NCBI RefSeq assembly: GCF_006345805.1
Contig: NC_043010.1
Coordinates: 61,876,001 to 61,940,000 of the forward strand
Length of the DNA stretch: 64,000 nt
Origin: Octopus sinensis
Lineage: Eukaryota
Direction: 5' to 3'
Shown one piece after another: positions 12,940-26,713 of this stretch. The first letter of the stretch is position 1. Every line of letters begins with the position of its first letter. The position numbers and the translations under genes are program-made. The notes under the pieces were generated by a model. That model made no database searches and was not told the origin of the DNA. It worked only from the letters and a program-made list of their open reading frames with translations.

Positions 12940-13449
12940 ATCTATATCTTCATATATAAAAGGCCATGTCACTGGTTTGTTTTGCTTGTTGGTTTTCTTA
13001 TCTCTGTTCCGCTAGAAGGAGGAAGAGAAAGAAAGGTAGATTAGCGAAGGAAGGAGATAGATGAGAGAGAGAGAGAGAGGGAGAGAAAGAGAGAGAGGGA
13101 GGGAGAGAGGGAGGCATGGAGACAGACAAACAGATTCACAGAAAGAAGGGAAAGGTTTCATGCATCGCATAAAAACGACAGGGGAGACGTTCGGAATAAG
13201 ACAAAAATAATACGTACGCGTGTGTGTGTGTGTGTGGGGTGTGTGCTTGTATGTGTGTGTGTGTGTGTGTGTGTGTATTGAATTGGGGTGAGGACGGAGA
13301 AGACATCCTTCTTTTTTTGTATATAATAGAACGTTTATATTGAAATATTTTATACATAAATCCACACACACATTCATACATAATACACATAGGTAAGTAC
13401 GTATGTGCTTGAGCTTATGTGTACATGTGTGTGTGTGTGTGTGTGTGTA

Positions 13450-13600
13450 CAGTTGAAATTTACAGAAAAGCAAAAGACGAAGACAGGTGTATGAACAACA
13501 AGTATTAGTTTGTATTAGTTTGACGCTCGGGAAGGTGAGAAAGTCTTTAACATTTCGAGCCTACGCTCTTCAACAGAAAGGAATATGAGTAAACAGTAAG
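13450..13600 (-). mobile_element. Hammerhead-bearing element P1a
   Basis: Sister of about 29515-29660, with a partial repeat at about 13660-13710 and its 3' end in (TG)n. Confidence 0.6.
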
Positions 13601-13743
13601 TCCAAAGTGTTGGAGGTTAAAGCAGGTTAAAACTGGCGTGACCACGTGAGCGTACAGCATATAGTTGAAAGTTACAGACAAGCAAACGACGAAGACAGGT
13701 GTATGAACATTCTCTCTATCTGTCTATCTGTCTATCTATCAAT

Positions 13744-13854
<111 letters not shown>

Positions 13855-13858
13855 CTAC

Positions 13859-13919
<61 letters not shown>

Positions 13920-14097
13920 ATCTATCTATATTATATATATATATATTATATATATATATATATATATCTTTATATCTATATCTATATCTATATCATATTA
14001 TATTATATATGTTAGGTCCCGGGTTGATTCGGGGTTAACCACAGTAAATAAGGTACTCAATACATAGCAGAGTAAAATTAATTTATTATATAGAAGG

Positions 14098-14147
14098 AGC
14101 TTCTACAGACTAGAACTGTTTCATTCAAGAGAAATCTTCAGGAAGCT
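14098..14147 (-). ncRNA. Type I hammerhead ribozyme, family P2
   Basis: Reverse complement of the 16390 copy with one base lost from loop III; all core bases and stems retained. Confidence 0.78.
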
Positions 14148-16389
14148 AGTTAACAAGAATTGTATTGGCATTTATACATTTAGGCAGGTTTAACGGGGTG
14201 TTGGTGGGGGACTTTTTTGGGGTAGGCATAGCACAAAATATCATACTTGGGGGAGTGGTCAAGGAGTCAGTGTTAAATTAGATAGAAGAATAATAAAAAA
14301 ATAAAAAAATAAAAAATAAAAAATAAAACAAAAAACCTATATAAAAAAAAAACATATATATAAAAAAACAAAAAAAACTATATATAAAAAAAGGGGGGGA
14401 TAGAGTTTTAGGTAAATAAGGAGATTCTCACTTATACCTATCACACATGTATACATACATACACACACATACAAACTATATACATATACATACACACATA
14501 CATACACACCATTATATAACATATATATACACTTACACATACACATGCATATACATATCTACACATACACATATATGTATACACACACACACTCACATGC
14601 ATACACGTATACACACATGTATATATACACACACGACCTCACATACATATACGCACAGAAAAATATATATCACATACACAACATACTCACATACACGCAT
14701 ACACACACATATCCACACACACACATGCACAACACAGCGCACTAGTCCCTATATACACATATATACACATACACACACATATACACACACATACATACAT
14801 ATAATACATGTATACATATACATATGTGTACCTATGCAAACCTACACATACACACATATATTACACATACTAATACAGACCCTACCCCTAATTTTAATTT
14901 TATTATCTTCGTTTATTACTTTTGTTATCTTTGGCCGCTTGGTCACAAACATCTTGGCTATGACAGCCAGTCCATTTACTTATTTACTTACTTTACTTAT
15001 TTACTATTTACTTATTTTTTGAGTATGCATGTAAGTATGAATATAAGGAGGCGCGTGTGTGTGTTGTATGTGTAAGCATAGATATATGTATACTTTTACG
15101 CATGTGTGTACTTATGTGTATATTGGATGCCGCGGTGTGTGTGTGTGTGTATGGGTACGCATGTACATGTGTATGTGCGTGTAGTGTATATATTTATATG
15201 TGTGTGGCGTATGGTGTGTGTATATATGTGTATGTATATATATGTGAGAATATATATATGTATATATATATTATATATGTATATATATATATATATATAT
15301 AATATATATATATATATATACATGTATGTATTTGTATGTAGGTGTATATGTATGTGGTTGTTTTATATTTTGGTGTATATATATAGACTAGCTTCTAAGA
15401 GTGTAGACATAAATTGTAGGTACGCGTATGTATGTGTATATACGTGAATGTATGTAGATGGATGTATGTATGAATATAACGCGTGCGTGCGTGTATGTGT
15501 ATGAGTGTACGAATAGTGAGAGTACGTGCTAAAGAGTGTGCGTGAGTGAATGAGTGCTTGTTTTCCAGTAGACAGATATGGACTGGCTGTCATAGCCAAG
15601 ATGTTTGTGACCAAGCGGCCAAAGATAACAAAAGTAATAAACAGAAGATAATAAAATAAAATTAGGGAATGGGTCTGTATTTGTATGTGTATATATATGT
15701 GTATGTGTAGGTTTGCATAGGTACACATATGTATATGTATACATATATGTATATGTATGTATGTGTGTGTATATGTGTGTGTTGTGTATATATGTGTATT
15801 AGGGACTAGTGCGCTGTGTGTGCATGTGTTGTGTGTGGATATGTGTGTGTATGCGTGTATGTGAGTATGTGTGTGTATGTGTATATATATTTTTCTGTGC
15901 GTATATGTAGTGAGTCGTGTGGTGTATATATACATGTGTGTATACGTGTATGCATGTGAGTGTGTGTGTGTATACATATATGTGTATGTGTAGATATGTA
16001 TATGCATGTGTTATGTGTAAGTGTATATATATGTATATATATGTGTGTGTATGTATGTGTGTATGTATATGTATATATGTTTGTATGTGTGTGTATGTAT
16101 GTATACATGTGTGCATAGGTATAAGTGAGAATCTCTTATTTACCTAAACTCTATCCCCCCCTTTTTTTTTATATCGGTTTTTTTGTTTTTTTTATATATA
16201 GGTTTTTTATTTTTATTTTTATTTTTATTTTTTATTTTTTTATTTATTCTTCTATCTAATTAACACTGACTCCTTGACCACTCCCCCAAGTATGATATTT
16301 TTGTGCTATGCCTACCCCCAAAAAGTCCCCCCCCCACACCCCTTTAAACCTGCCTAAATGTATAAATGCCAATACAATTCTTGTTAACT

Positions 16390-16440
16390 AGCTTCCTGAA
16401 GATTTCTCTTGAATGAAACAGTTCTAGTCCTGTAGAAGCT
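16390..16440 (+). ncRNA. Type I hammerhead ribozyme, family P2, canonical core
   Basis: AGCTTC-CTGAAGA-TTTC/TCTT/GAAT-GAAA-CAG-TTCTAGTC-CTG-TA-GAAGCT. Stem I is 6 bp, stem II has a tetraloop, stem III is ACAG/CTGT, and the GUA cleavage site falls after 16434. Confidence 0.8.
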
Positions 16441-16586
16441 CCTTCTATATAATAAATATATATATATATATATATATCTTTATATCTATATATTCTATAT
16501 ATATATATATACACACATATATATATACACACACACACATATATATATATATATACACACACATATATATATATACACATATATAT

Positions 16587-16619
<33 letters not shown>

Positions 16620-16679
16620 CACACATATATATATATACACACATATATATATATACACATATATATATATACACACACG

Positions 16680-16724
<45 letters not shown>

Positions 16725-16725
<1 letters not shown>

Positions 16726-17067
16726 AAGGGGCAAGCAACAGGTTGCTTAGCCACATACCGAAAAATTAGAAATAACAGTCAAAGACTGTTTATTTCTATT
16801 TTCAACGAATAAGACTCCACATACAAGGAAAAAATAACGAAAACAAAGTGTATGGGTTAGTTACGGACGCGTTTCTGGATTAGAATTATAAATCAATTCA
16901 TTTCCTTTCTCAACGTAACACTCCACTCGGATAGATTTCTCAAATGCTATACATACCCTCCGCTTCCCGAGCCGGCGTCATCGGAATAGTAGAAGAAAGC
17001 TAGCATAGGCCAAATCCATATAGACGAATGAACTAACTAACGTCCGTAACTAACCCATAGACTTTGT
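16725..17067 (-). mobile_element. Penelope-like pLTR remnant P4 with 27-bp inverted partner
   Basis: acaaagtgtatgggttagttacggacg (about 16844-16869) is inverted at 17041-17067. It contains the degenerate hammerhead, has (TA)n at its 3' end, and abuts the truncated Tigger. Confidence 0.55.
16860..16919 (-). ncRNA. Degenerate type I hammerhead, family P4
   Basis: GTTACG-TTGAGA...GAAA-CGCG-TC-CGTAAC. Stem I is a perfect 6 bp with palindromic ACGCGT stem III and a GUC site, but the CUGANGA box is decayed. Confidence 0.55.
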
Positions 17068-18266
17068 CTAACCAGTCACTCTCCATAACTGGAGGGTGAC
17101 TGGGAGCATTGTTTAACACGAGAAGGCATTTTGGTAGCAAGATTTTTTTTTCTTGCTGATATTTTTTAACACTCGGGGCAAAAACTTCATGAATCCACTC
17201 AATAAAAAATTGTCTGGTTACCCAAGCTGTCATATTAGCCCGCCACATAACAGGCAATTTACTCTTCATAACATTGTTTCTTTGGAAAACCCTCGGATTA
17301 TCGAATGGCTTGACCTTGAAATCGTCACTTGCGTTGCTGCATAACAAAAGAGTGAACCTATCTTTCATTGGCTTGTGCCCTGGTAACGCTTTTTCTTCCT
17401 TAGTAATTTAGGTCCTATTTGGCATTAGTTTCCAAAATAATCCTGTTTCATCCGCGTTGAACACCTGTTGAGAGAGAGATAACCTCCTTCCTTTATCAAA
17501 TCACTAAACTCAATCACAAATTTCTCAGCCGCTTCCTTGTTTGAACTCGCCACCTCTCCATGCCTAATAACACTCTGTATTTCACTTCTCTTCTTAAATT
17601 TCTCGAACCAGCCTCTTCTAGCTTTGAATTCAAAAGTATCACATTCAGCACTTGTACCAGGAGTTTTCTTTACTAGATCATTGTAAATTTCTTATGCTTT
17701 CCCATAAATAAATGCTTCCCTGACACTGTCGCCTGCTGACTGTTTCTCATTTATACAAATGAGCAATAACTTTTCAACTTCTTCGAGTATCTTTGGTCTT
17801 TGTTTATTAATAACAGTCACTTCTTCTGCAACATCGGCTGCTTTTATCACTTCATTATTTTTCAGAATAGTAAATATTGTCGATTTAGGCAGACCGTTAC
17901 TGCACACCGACATCTGACACACGGACACCATTTTCGTGCTTTGCGATGATTTCTGTCTTCACTTCAATTGTTTTTCTCTCAACTTTTCTTTTTCCTTTAC
18001 CAGTATCACTGCTAGCCTTCTTTGGAGCCATGACTAAGGGCTAATGAAGAGAAAAAAAGGCACGGTACAATAAAATTGGAGAACAAAAGCACAGCACAAC
18101 AGACGAATGTATACAATATGGCGGTCGACGTTCGGGTTAACTCGGTCGGCAATGTTGTTCGAGAACCGAAATTTTATTCTATTACCGAGGCATTTTCATT
18201 TCGAATTTTCTATTCGAAAACCGATTTGTTCGACACGTGAGACGTTCGAGAACCGAGTTTGCTTTC
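17068..18266 (-). mobile_element. Tigger/pogo transposon, degraded, 3'-truncated
   Basis: ATG at 18031 (MAPKKAS...), CENP-B-type HTH (LPKSTIFTILKN, EVEKLLLICI) and DDE-region motifs (KDRFTLLLCSNAS, LLVLNNAPSHP). Subterminal TTCGAGAACCG repeats. Confidence 0.85.
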
Positions 18267-19215
18267 GATATATATATTACATAGAGTATGAAAGAAGTAA
18301 GTCAGTGAAAATAATGAAGGAAAATCAGTGGCAGTAAAAAGTATAATTGAAAGGCAAAAAAAAAAGCACAAAGAATTACTGAAGGAAAAAAAGGGAACGA
18401 AATAAACCCCAACATTGTCGACGGATATTACGCTAGTAAATTTTAAGTGTTATCTATCGCTTATTTCAGTCATTCGACTGCGGTCATGCTGGGGCAACGC
18501 CTCGGCGGTCTTATTCAAACATATCGAACCCAGCATTTAATTTTTAAAGACTGATACTTATCCCACCAGTCTATTTTGCCAAATCGCTTCGTTACAGGGA
18601 CGAAAGCAAACCAACCTTGGTGGGAACCAAACACAAACGTAAACACACACACACGACAGGTGACCACACAGTTTCCGTTTACCAAATTTACTCACTTGGC
18701 ATTTGTCATTGTGGGAAGTTTAGCAGACATTCGTATAAAGTGCCGTCCAGTGGGACTGAAACCGTTTACCATGTGGTTTCCGAGCGAACTTCGTAATGAC
18801 ACGGCCTTACCTGTGTTTGTCATTAAGTAGACAGTTTGCCCTGAGAAACTCTTTATCAACTGTCGGCTGTCATCGGTTGTATTTAGTCTTTTATTTATTT
18901 ATTTATTTTATTGTGCAGCGCCCTGGAGATCACACAAAAATTTAATGGTAAATTAAATTAAATGGCATGAAAAATGGGAAAACAAATTATCAGCGTTTTT
19001 AGCATGGAAATTTTGTAAAAAAAATTAATGTTTAAAGGTTTCAATAGTAGGGAAAATTATAGAAAACCGGAATTAATCTTGTGTCTGAAATCATATTTAT
19101 GCCAAGGAAAATATGAATTACGTGTTTTATTGAAGGCGCTCCGTGATTTTTAGGGAGTTTTATTAGAAAATTAAAATATATTTTGAAAATTGCTGCGGAT
19201 CGTTTCAGAACATTG

Positions 19216-19258
<43 letters not shown>

Positions 19259-19328
19259 CGCGCGCGCGCGTGTTGTGTGTGTGTGTGTGTATGTGAGTGT
19301 GTGTGTGTGTGAGTGTGTGTGTGTGTGT

Positions 19329-19360
<32 letters not shown>

Positions 19361-19467
19361 ATTTACTTTACATGAATATAATCACAGAGTTCATTCTGAC
19401 CCCCCTATCCGCGTTCAGGTGACAGGGTTGTCTCAAATACTGTGATCATTGATGATGTAAACATTAT

Positions 19468-19509
<42 letters not shown>

Positions 19510-19642
19510 ACATACACACACGAAACCTGTCGATATTTATTCATCCTCGGATGTCGTCTGTTTCTGTATCACATTGTATCCATTTCTGTGTATAAGTGAA
19601 GGCGTGCGATTTAATGATTGCATTGTGTCTCTTGAACAACAC

Positions 19643-19898
19643 CAGTGACGGACCGATGCCAAGTGGGCCCCTACGCCATTAGAATCCATATTTTAGTATC
19701 TAGGGGGCCCATCCCCTCAAATTTGAGAAATTTTTATTCACTCCTGGAAGAATGCATTATTTCAGCCTGGCTGTGTTTGTAGACAGACGAAAAGAATACT
19801 TTTAACAAAAAAAAAAAAATTAAATCATAGCATTGTAGTTCCAGGAGGGACCCCTTAGTCTCCTGGCAACCAATATTTTTAGACCCAGTCCGCCACTG
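19643..19898. mobile_element. hAT-type MITE
   Basis: TIRs CAGTGACGGAC / GTCCGCCACTG; imperfect 8-bp TSD aacaacac / aacaaggc. Confidence 0.6.
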
Positions 19899-19957
19899 AA
19901 CAAGGCACTTTATTTTACGTGGATCCAGTCCATTCACTTGGCAAAAAAATATATATA

Positions 19958-19993
<36 letters not shown>

Positions 19994-20459
19994 TATTCTT
20001 ACACGTGTCTACCTTCCTTACTACTTACATATATATCAAACATTCATCTATAACACATCCTGGCGACATTGAAAGAAATTACACAGGACTCACTACTAAC
20101 ACATTCAAGGATAGTTACTATTTCTGCTCTAACTCTTCCAATTTATTTACACAGTGTTTCTCAGATTTTTTCCGACTAACACTTCTTTCTCTTTTCCTAA
20201 TACTTTTTCAACGTCCTTGTCCCTTCTTACAAGTCAATTCTTTCACTTTGATATTCATACAGGGGCCAGAATGTTTTAACTCCAGCTAACAGTATGACGC
20301 GGGTGACTACTTGCAGCTTTATAAGCGAATACGATAAACATAGGTTGTATATATATTCGGCTTTCTTTAATTATATATACACATTTCGAATTCTATTATG
20401 ATTGTTGCTGATGCTGTTGTGATTGTGGCTAACCAACAATTCTTCGTATTATATCTTTT

Positions 20460-20885
20460 ATCCTTTATTTGTTTCAGTTATTTCACTGCGGCCATGCTGG
20501 GGCATCGTCTTAAAGAATTTGTAGTTGAACGAGTCGACCCCAGCTCTGGTACTTATTCTATCGGTTTCTTTTGCTGAACTGTGAAGTTACGGGGACGCAA
20601 ACAAACCAACAACAGCTGTCAAGCGTAGCAGTGGTGGTGATGGTGGTGGTGGTGGGAAACACAAATACAACGATACACACACACATACAGATACACACAC
20701 GCATACATACATACATACATTCATACATAGATACATGACGGGCTTCTTTCAGTTTCCATTTACCAAAACCACTCACAAGACTTGGTCGGCCCAAGGCTAT
20801 AGAAGAAGACACTTGCCGAAGGTGTCACGCAGTGGGACTGAACCTGGAACCATGTGATTGGAAAGCAAACTTCTTACCACAACGT
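20460..20885 (-). mobile_element. SINE family A
   Basis: Homologous to 165-583. Confidence 0.8.
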
Positions 20886-21033
20886 CACAGGAATTAAAGA
20901 CTAAAAGAAATGGTCGAATATTTCTATCGGTTTCCTTTTCTCCTCTCCCCTTGTATGAAATTTCCATCACCTCTCCTTTCCCAGGAGACAGGACCACCCA
21001 CTTTACGACGACTGCTATACACTATCTTTATTT

Positions 21034-21450
21034 AAGGCGGCGAGCTGGCAGAAGCGTTAGCACGCCGGACGAAATGCTTAGCAGTATTTCATCTGCCGCT
21101 ACGTTCTGAGTTCAAATTCCGCCGAGGTCGACTTTGCCTTTCATCCTTTCGGGGTCGATTAAATAAGTACCAGTTACACACTGGGGTCGATATAATCGAC
21201 TTAATCCATTTATCTGTCCTTGTTTGTCTCTCTGTGTTTAGCCCCTTGTGGGTAGTAAAGAAATAGGTATTTCGTCTGCCGTTAGGTTCTGAGTTCAAAT
21301 TCCGCCGAGGCCAACTTTGCCTTTCATCCTTTCGGGATCGATTAAATAAGTACCAGTTACGCACTGGAGTCGATGTAATCGACTTAATCCGTTTGTCTGT
21401 CCTTGTTTGTCCCCTCTATGTTTAACACCCTATGGGGAATAAAGAAATAT
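21034..21450 (+). mobile_element. tRNA-derived SINE family B, tandem dimer
   Basis: Head GGCGGCGAGCTGGCAGAA and core GCCTTTCATCCTTTCGGGGTCGAT. Other copies at about 9395-9755 (dimer), 45575-45780, 47401-47625 and 60790-61007 (plus), with several decayed minus copies at 51810-57510. Confidence 0.85.
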
Positions 21451-22303
21451 ATATACATTATATTTATTTCTTTATTGCCCACCGGGGGTTTTACATTATA
21501 AGCTACTAATCTCCCTGTGCACACAATGTGGATTGCTATTCTTTTACTAACGTCTAGAAACTGGTTTGTTTATTTTCCACTGCGGGACTACAGCTACAGA
21601 TTTATTAACAAAAGCAATTATAGCTTGCTTTACATTTCAAATTATCTAAAAATCCCCTTTTGTGCATTACTAAAGAAACTAACTAACCACAATGTTAACA
21701 TATGCCCTGTCGTGCAAATTATACAGAGAAGCTTAACTATCCTAGCTTGTGTATATTATAAATAGACAGAAACTACCCATGTCTCTAGGGACAGAATATT
21801 GTTATTGTTACAGTGACGAAAATTTAAACAGTTTAGAAACTAGTTAGATTGTTCCCAACATTTTCTAGAAAGAATAAAAAAGAAAAAATAGCCATGAGGT
21901 GTAACCACTTCGTTTATTTATTCCAGGGTGTTACGAATACGGAAAAGCTAATGTCTGACCACTCAGAATAAAGAATTCAAATAGAAGACGGTTAGCATGA
22001 ACTTTACTGTCGCGAAATAGTGAAAGTAAATTGTCCTTAGAAAATGAAAGTTGGTTGCGATAGAAACCGGGAGAGTCGACAGTGATATCCCGTAATTTTA
22101 TGTAAACAGTGTGTGTGACATACCGATGTATCAGATGTGTGATCGCACATACGTTTAATATAACATGAAAACCGTAAATATATTTTATACGGGATGAAAG
22201 CAATCATATTTGCGGGGAAAATCTAAGTCATCGATGCAGGAGATGAGATCCAATAATTCTTCTCCATCTCTAAATTCATTTCATCACACACGCTCATGAA
22301 GAT

Positions 22304-22910
22304 ATCATCATCATCATCATCATCCTTTAACGTCCGCTTTCCATGCTAGCATGGGTTGGACGATTTGACTGAGGTCTGGCGAACCAGATGGCTGCACCAG
22401 ACTCCAATCTTGATCTGGCAGAGTTTCTACAGCTTGAAGCCCTTCCTAATGCCAACCACTCCGAGAGTGTAGTGGGTGCTTTTACGTGCCACCGGCACGA
22501 GGGCCAGTCTGGCGGTACTGGCAACGGCCACGCTCGAAATGGTGTTTTTTTTTTACGTGCCACCTGCACAGGAGTCAGTCCAGCGGCACAGGCAACGACC
22601 TCGCTCGAATGTTTTGTTCACGTGTCACCGGCACCTGTGCCAGTAAGGCGACGCTGGTAACGATCACGCTCAAATGTTGCTTTTTACGTTCCACCGGCAC
22701 GGAAGCCTGACAGCCGCTCTAGCAATAATTCCGCTCGGATGGTGCTCTTAGCGCACGGGTGCCAGTCATTGAATTTGGTTCAATTTCGATTTCTCTTGCC
22801 CCAACAGGTCTTCGCAAGCAGGGTTTAGTGTCCAATGAAGGGAGGTTGGGATGGGTGCCAGTTGTTGAATTTGGTTCGATTTCGAATTCAATTTCGATTT
22901 CTCTTGCCTC
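22304..22910 (-). mobile_element. SINE-like family G with (GAT)n tail and internal tandem subrepeats
   Basis: 3' end CCATGCTAGCATGGAAAGCGGACGTTAAA(GAT)n. Sisters at about 48830-49165 (plus) and 55950-56230 (minus). Confidence 0.75.
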
Positions 22911-23994
22911 AAATATGATATAAATAAATCATCACCAATCCAATGTTGTCGCTTTAGTTGCTTCTTGGCAGGCACCCATCGCCCTTCTATTATCTGTCTA
23001 GGGACAATGTCATTATTTGGATCATCAAAATTGAATGAATGGTTTACAACTTCATAAGTATAGAAGTTACCGAGACCCACACAGGAAACCCAGCAACCGG
23101 TTACCAAACGGGTTTTATGGAATTTTGGTGTCTCACTGTCGTCTGGTTTCTGTTGCAATTAACTTTCACTGCTTTATGACGCTAAACTGCATGTTAACCG
23201 CTAAGTCTGAGAGAGAATAAACATTTTGAATGTCCATCATTGACAAGACCAAACAAGATCGAAGTCACGTTACCGAGTGATCTCGGCGCTGGGGGTAGCG
23301 GGTACCAGCGATATAAACAAGAATGCAATTTGTACTAAAAAGCCAATATGAGAGAAACTCTCATGGTAACTACAGCAATATAATTTGGTCTAATGTTACC
23401 TCTCAATAAACATTCAATCCAAAATCGTTAATCTTTCCAAAGAACCATTGGCGAAACAAAATATATTTTGTCGGACTAATGATTATGGATTAAATATTTA
23501 CTTCGTTTACGTTTCACAAAGAGGCTGAGGATAAAATGCATGGCTGAGAAGTTAATTTCGAATTATTAATTAATTAATGCATGTTCATTTTACACAGATC
23601 TATGGGCGTGTGTGTGTGACATAGTTATGATATGATGTACGTGAATGGGTAATGTTCTGTAGTAATGTGTAATGTTATGGCGTACATTCGGTGTGTCACA
23701 TCCAGGAGTTTAGCATGCGTGGTGGTATGCTGTGCCAAGAGTGGCACACTAGTACCCTCAATAGTAGCGGTAGTAGTAGTGGTGGTGGTGGTGGTAGTGG
23801 TGGTTGTGGTGGTGGTGATGGCGGCCATACTGTCGTAAGTCGTATTTCTGTATTTGTAAGAGGGCGAGAGGAATGAAGCTATTAATTGTTGACATTACAA
23901 ATGGTTCTTGATGTTTATCTTAAAACAGGCCATGTTTGTTGGTTCGTATTGGTGGTGGTGGTGGTGGTGGTGGGAGTAGGATCTCCGATTGCTG

Positions 23995-24026
<32 letters not shown>

Positions 24027-24419
24027 GGAGGGGGTGAGTGTAGTAAAGAGAGGGGTAGTGGTGGTAGTGATAATAGTGTTGACGGCGATGGTGATGGTGC
24101 AGTAAGTGGTGGGGGTGGGGTGGGGGGGGGTGGTATTAATGATTGTCGTGGTGGTGGTGGCTTAGCTGCAGGTAAATTTTGACCTCGAAAAATATGATCA
24201 CAAGCATTCCAGTCGTGATCATCCCGCCTTTTATTCAGACACCGTGTAACTAAGACCACTTTATTCAATATTTATATTATTTGAAATGGTAGAGTGTGAC
24301 ACGAAGAATGTTTGGCTGCTATTTCTAGCAGACCAAAATGACTACCTAACTCCTTGGTTGTCCCGTTATGGTGGTGGGGGTGGGGGGCCCAGCAGTATCG
24401 TTGACTGTTATGATGATAT

Positions 24420-25840
24420 AGAGAGAGGGGAAGGGAGAGGAGAGTGATTATAAGCGAGCAAGCAGAAGAGATAAGGGGAAAAGGGAGGAGGTGGCGGGGA
24501 ATGACGGTTTAATGTGTGTGGGGGGGAGACATAACAGGAAGATATCAGGGCAACAGAGGAGAGGAGAAGAGTGAAAGAGAGAAAGATAAAGGAAGAGAAA
24601 AAGAGAGTGAAAGAGAGAGAATTGGTGGGAGACTGCGACGAAGAGAGGAAGAAAGAGAAAAGTAAAAGAAGAGAAAAACAGAGTAAAAGAGAGAGAAGAA
24701 GTAAGAGAGAGGAGGGGAGACTGCAACGAAGAGAGGAAGAAAGAGAGAAGTAAGAAAGAGATATTTAGAGGTAGGAGGCATGATAAAAGGAGTGAGAGGT
24801 AGAGGTAAAAGTAAGAGAGAGTTTATTTATATTGCTTAGTGGTAGGAGGCAAGATGAAAAACAAGGGGGAAAGGATGAGGAGGAAAGAGAGGAAAAAGTA
24901 AGAAAGTAAGAAAAGTAAAGGGGGTGACAAGAAAAAAGTTCAATTATTGTGGTGGCGTTTAAAGAGAGAAAGGAAGAGGGTTTAAAGAATAAATAGAATA
25001 GAAGAGAGAGAGAGAGAGAGAGGAGAGTGGGGAAAGTAGGCCATGTTGTTGGTTGATGGTATTGGTGGGAGATATAATTAGTATTAGAGAGAGAGGGTGG
25101 TGGATAGATAAGAAAAGGAGAAAGTATGAGGAAAGTTACTGTGGTGGTGAGGGGCAAAATGACATAAAAAGGAAGGGGGAAAGAGAGAAGGAGGAGGAGG
25201 AGGAGGAGATAATAATAAAGAGCGAAAGATAAAATGGTCATGTTGCCGGGTATGGCGGCAGGAAAGATAATCGGAAGAGATAAGGAATGAAATGTAGGAT
25301 ATGAGGAGGGAGGGGGGAATAATTAAAGAAAGGGAGAGAGAGTAAGATGAAGGGAAAGAGAGAGAGAGAGGAATAGAAGGAAGGAATGGTATGTAGGAGG
25401 GAGAGGAAGAGAGGAAGAAAGAGGGAGAGAGAGTAACGAGAAAGCGAGAGAGAAAATAAGACGAAGAGAAATAGAGAATAAGAGGAGAAAGGGAGAGAGG
25501 TAGATAGAATAAGGATTGAGATAAAACCACGGAGAGAAAAGGAAAGAGAGTGAGACTTGGTTGTCAGGGAAGAAGATGAAGAGAAAAGAGATAATTTGAG
25601 AGGAAAGGAAAGAATAGGACGAAAGAGAAAGAATGAAAAAATTAGAGAAAACATGAAGGGAAAAGATTAGAGAGAATGTGTAGAGAAGTGTATGAGGACG
25701 ACAGAGGAGGAGGAGAAACGAAATGGCAGGGCAAAGGAAAATTAGAGAAAAAGTCGATAGAAAGAGAGCAATCATGGCGTATGTTTGTGGGGGAGGGAGG
25801 GGGGAAAAGGAATAGAGAAGGGGGAGAGGGAAGAGTTGTG
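24420..25840 (+). repeat. About 1.4-kb purine-rich (GA) low-complexity tract
   Basis: Strong purine strand bias; explains the Leu/Ser/Phe ORFs. Confidence 0.85.
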
Positions 25841-26151
25841 TTTTCTGTGTGTCTTTATCGTCTTTCTTTTACTCGGTTACGTGAGTGTGAGTGTGAGTGA
25901 GAGTGGAGGATGGAGAATGTGATGAAAGTTGGAAGGAAGCGAAGTCAGTGTTGTAGAAAAATAATGAGAAAACGGGGAGAAATCGATAATATCTAGTAAA
26001 AGTTGGGAGGGGGGAAAGGGGTAAGGAAGCGGAGGTTGATGGGGAAAACAATAAAATAACGAATTGCTTAGGGGGAAGGAGGGAGGGAGGAATAGCAGTC
26101 GTAGGAGTTGTGCAGAATATAAAACCACACACACATACACACACACACACA

Positions 26152-26205
<54 letters not shown>

Positions 26206-26252
26206 ACAAATACATATATACACATTACATGTAACATGAATATATACGTATT

Positions 26253-26459
26253 CTTTATTCTTTTACTTGTTTCAGTCATTTGACTGCGGCCATGCTGGAG
26301 CACCGCCTTTAGTCGAGCAAATCGACCCCGGGACTCTGATTCTTTGTAAGCCTATTACTTATTCTATCGGTCTCCTTTGCCGAACCGCTACGCTACGGAG
26401 ACGTAAACACACCAACATCGGTTGTCAAGCGATGTTGGGGGACAAACACAGACACACAA

Positions 26460-26497
<38 letters not shown>

Positions 26498-26663
26498 GTA
26501 TACGAGGGGCTTCTTTCAGTTTCCGTCTACCAAATCAACTTAAGATTTTTCCGGCCGGAGGGCTATAGTAGGAGACAGTTGCCCAAATAACCACGCAGTG
26601 GGACTGAACCCTGCACTATGTGGCTGGTAAGCAAGCTACTTACCACACAGCCACTCGAGCGCC

Positions 26664-26665
<2 letters not shown>
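26253..26665 (-). mobile_element. SINE family A
   Basis: Homologous to 165-583. Confidence 0.8.

Positions 26666-26713
<48 letters not shown>

Larger units (their letters stand above)
14011..16457. repeat. Long inverted repeat (arms 14081-14975 and 15578-16457, about 600-bp spacer) ending in P2 hammerheads
   Basis: The arms are reverse complements across unique-looking sequence and microsatellite mosaics; many differences are small indels. Confidence 0.9.

Noticed and set aside
22950-23160. Non-repetitive part of ORF 22766..23158 as a second host exon
   Set aside because: No recognisable domain or convincing splice pair, and the ORF runs into a SINE.
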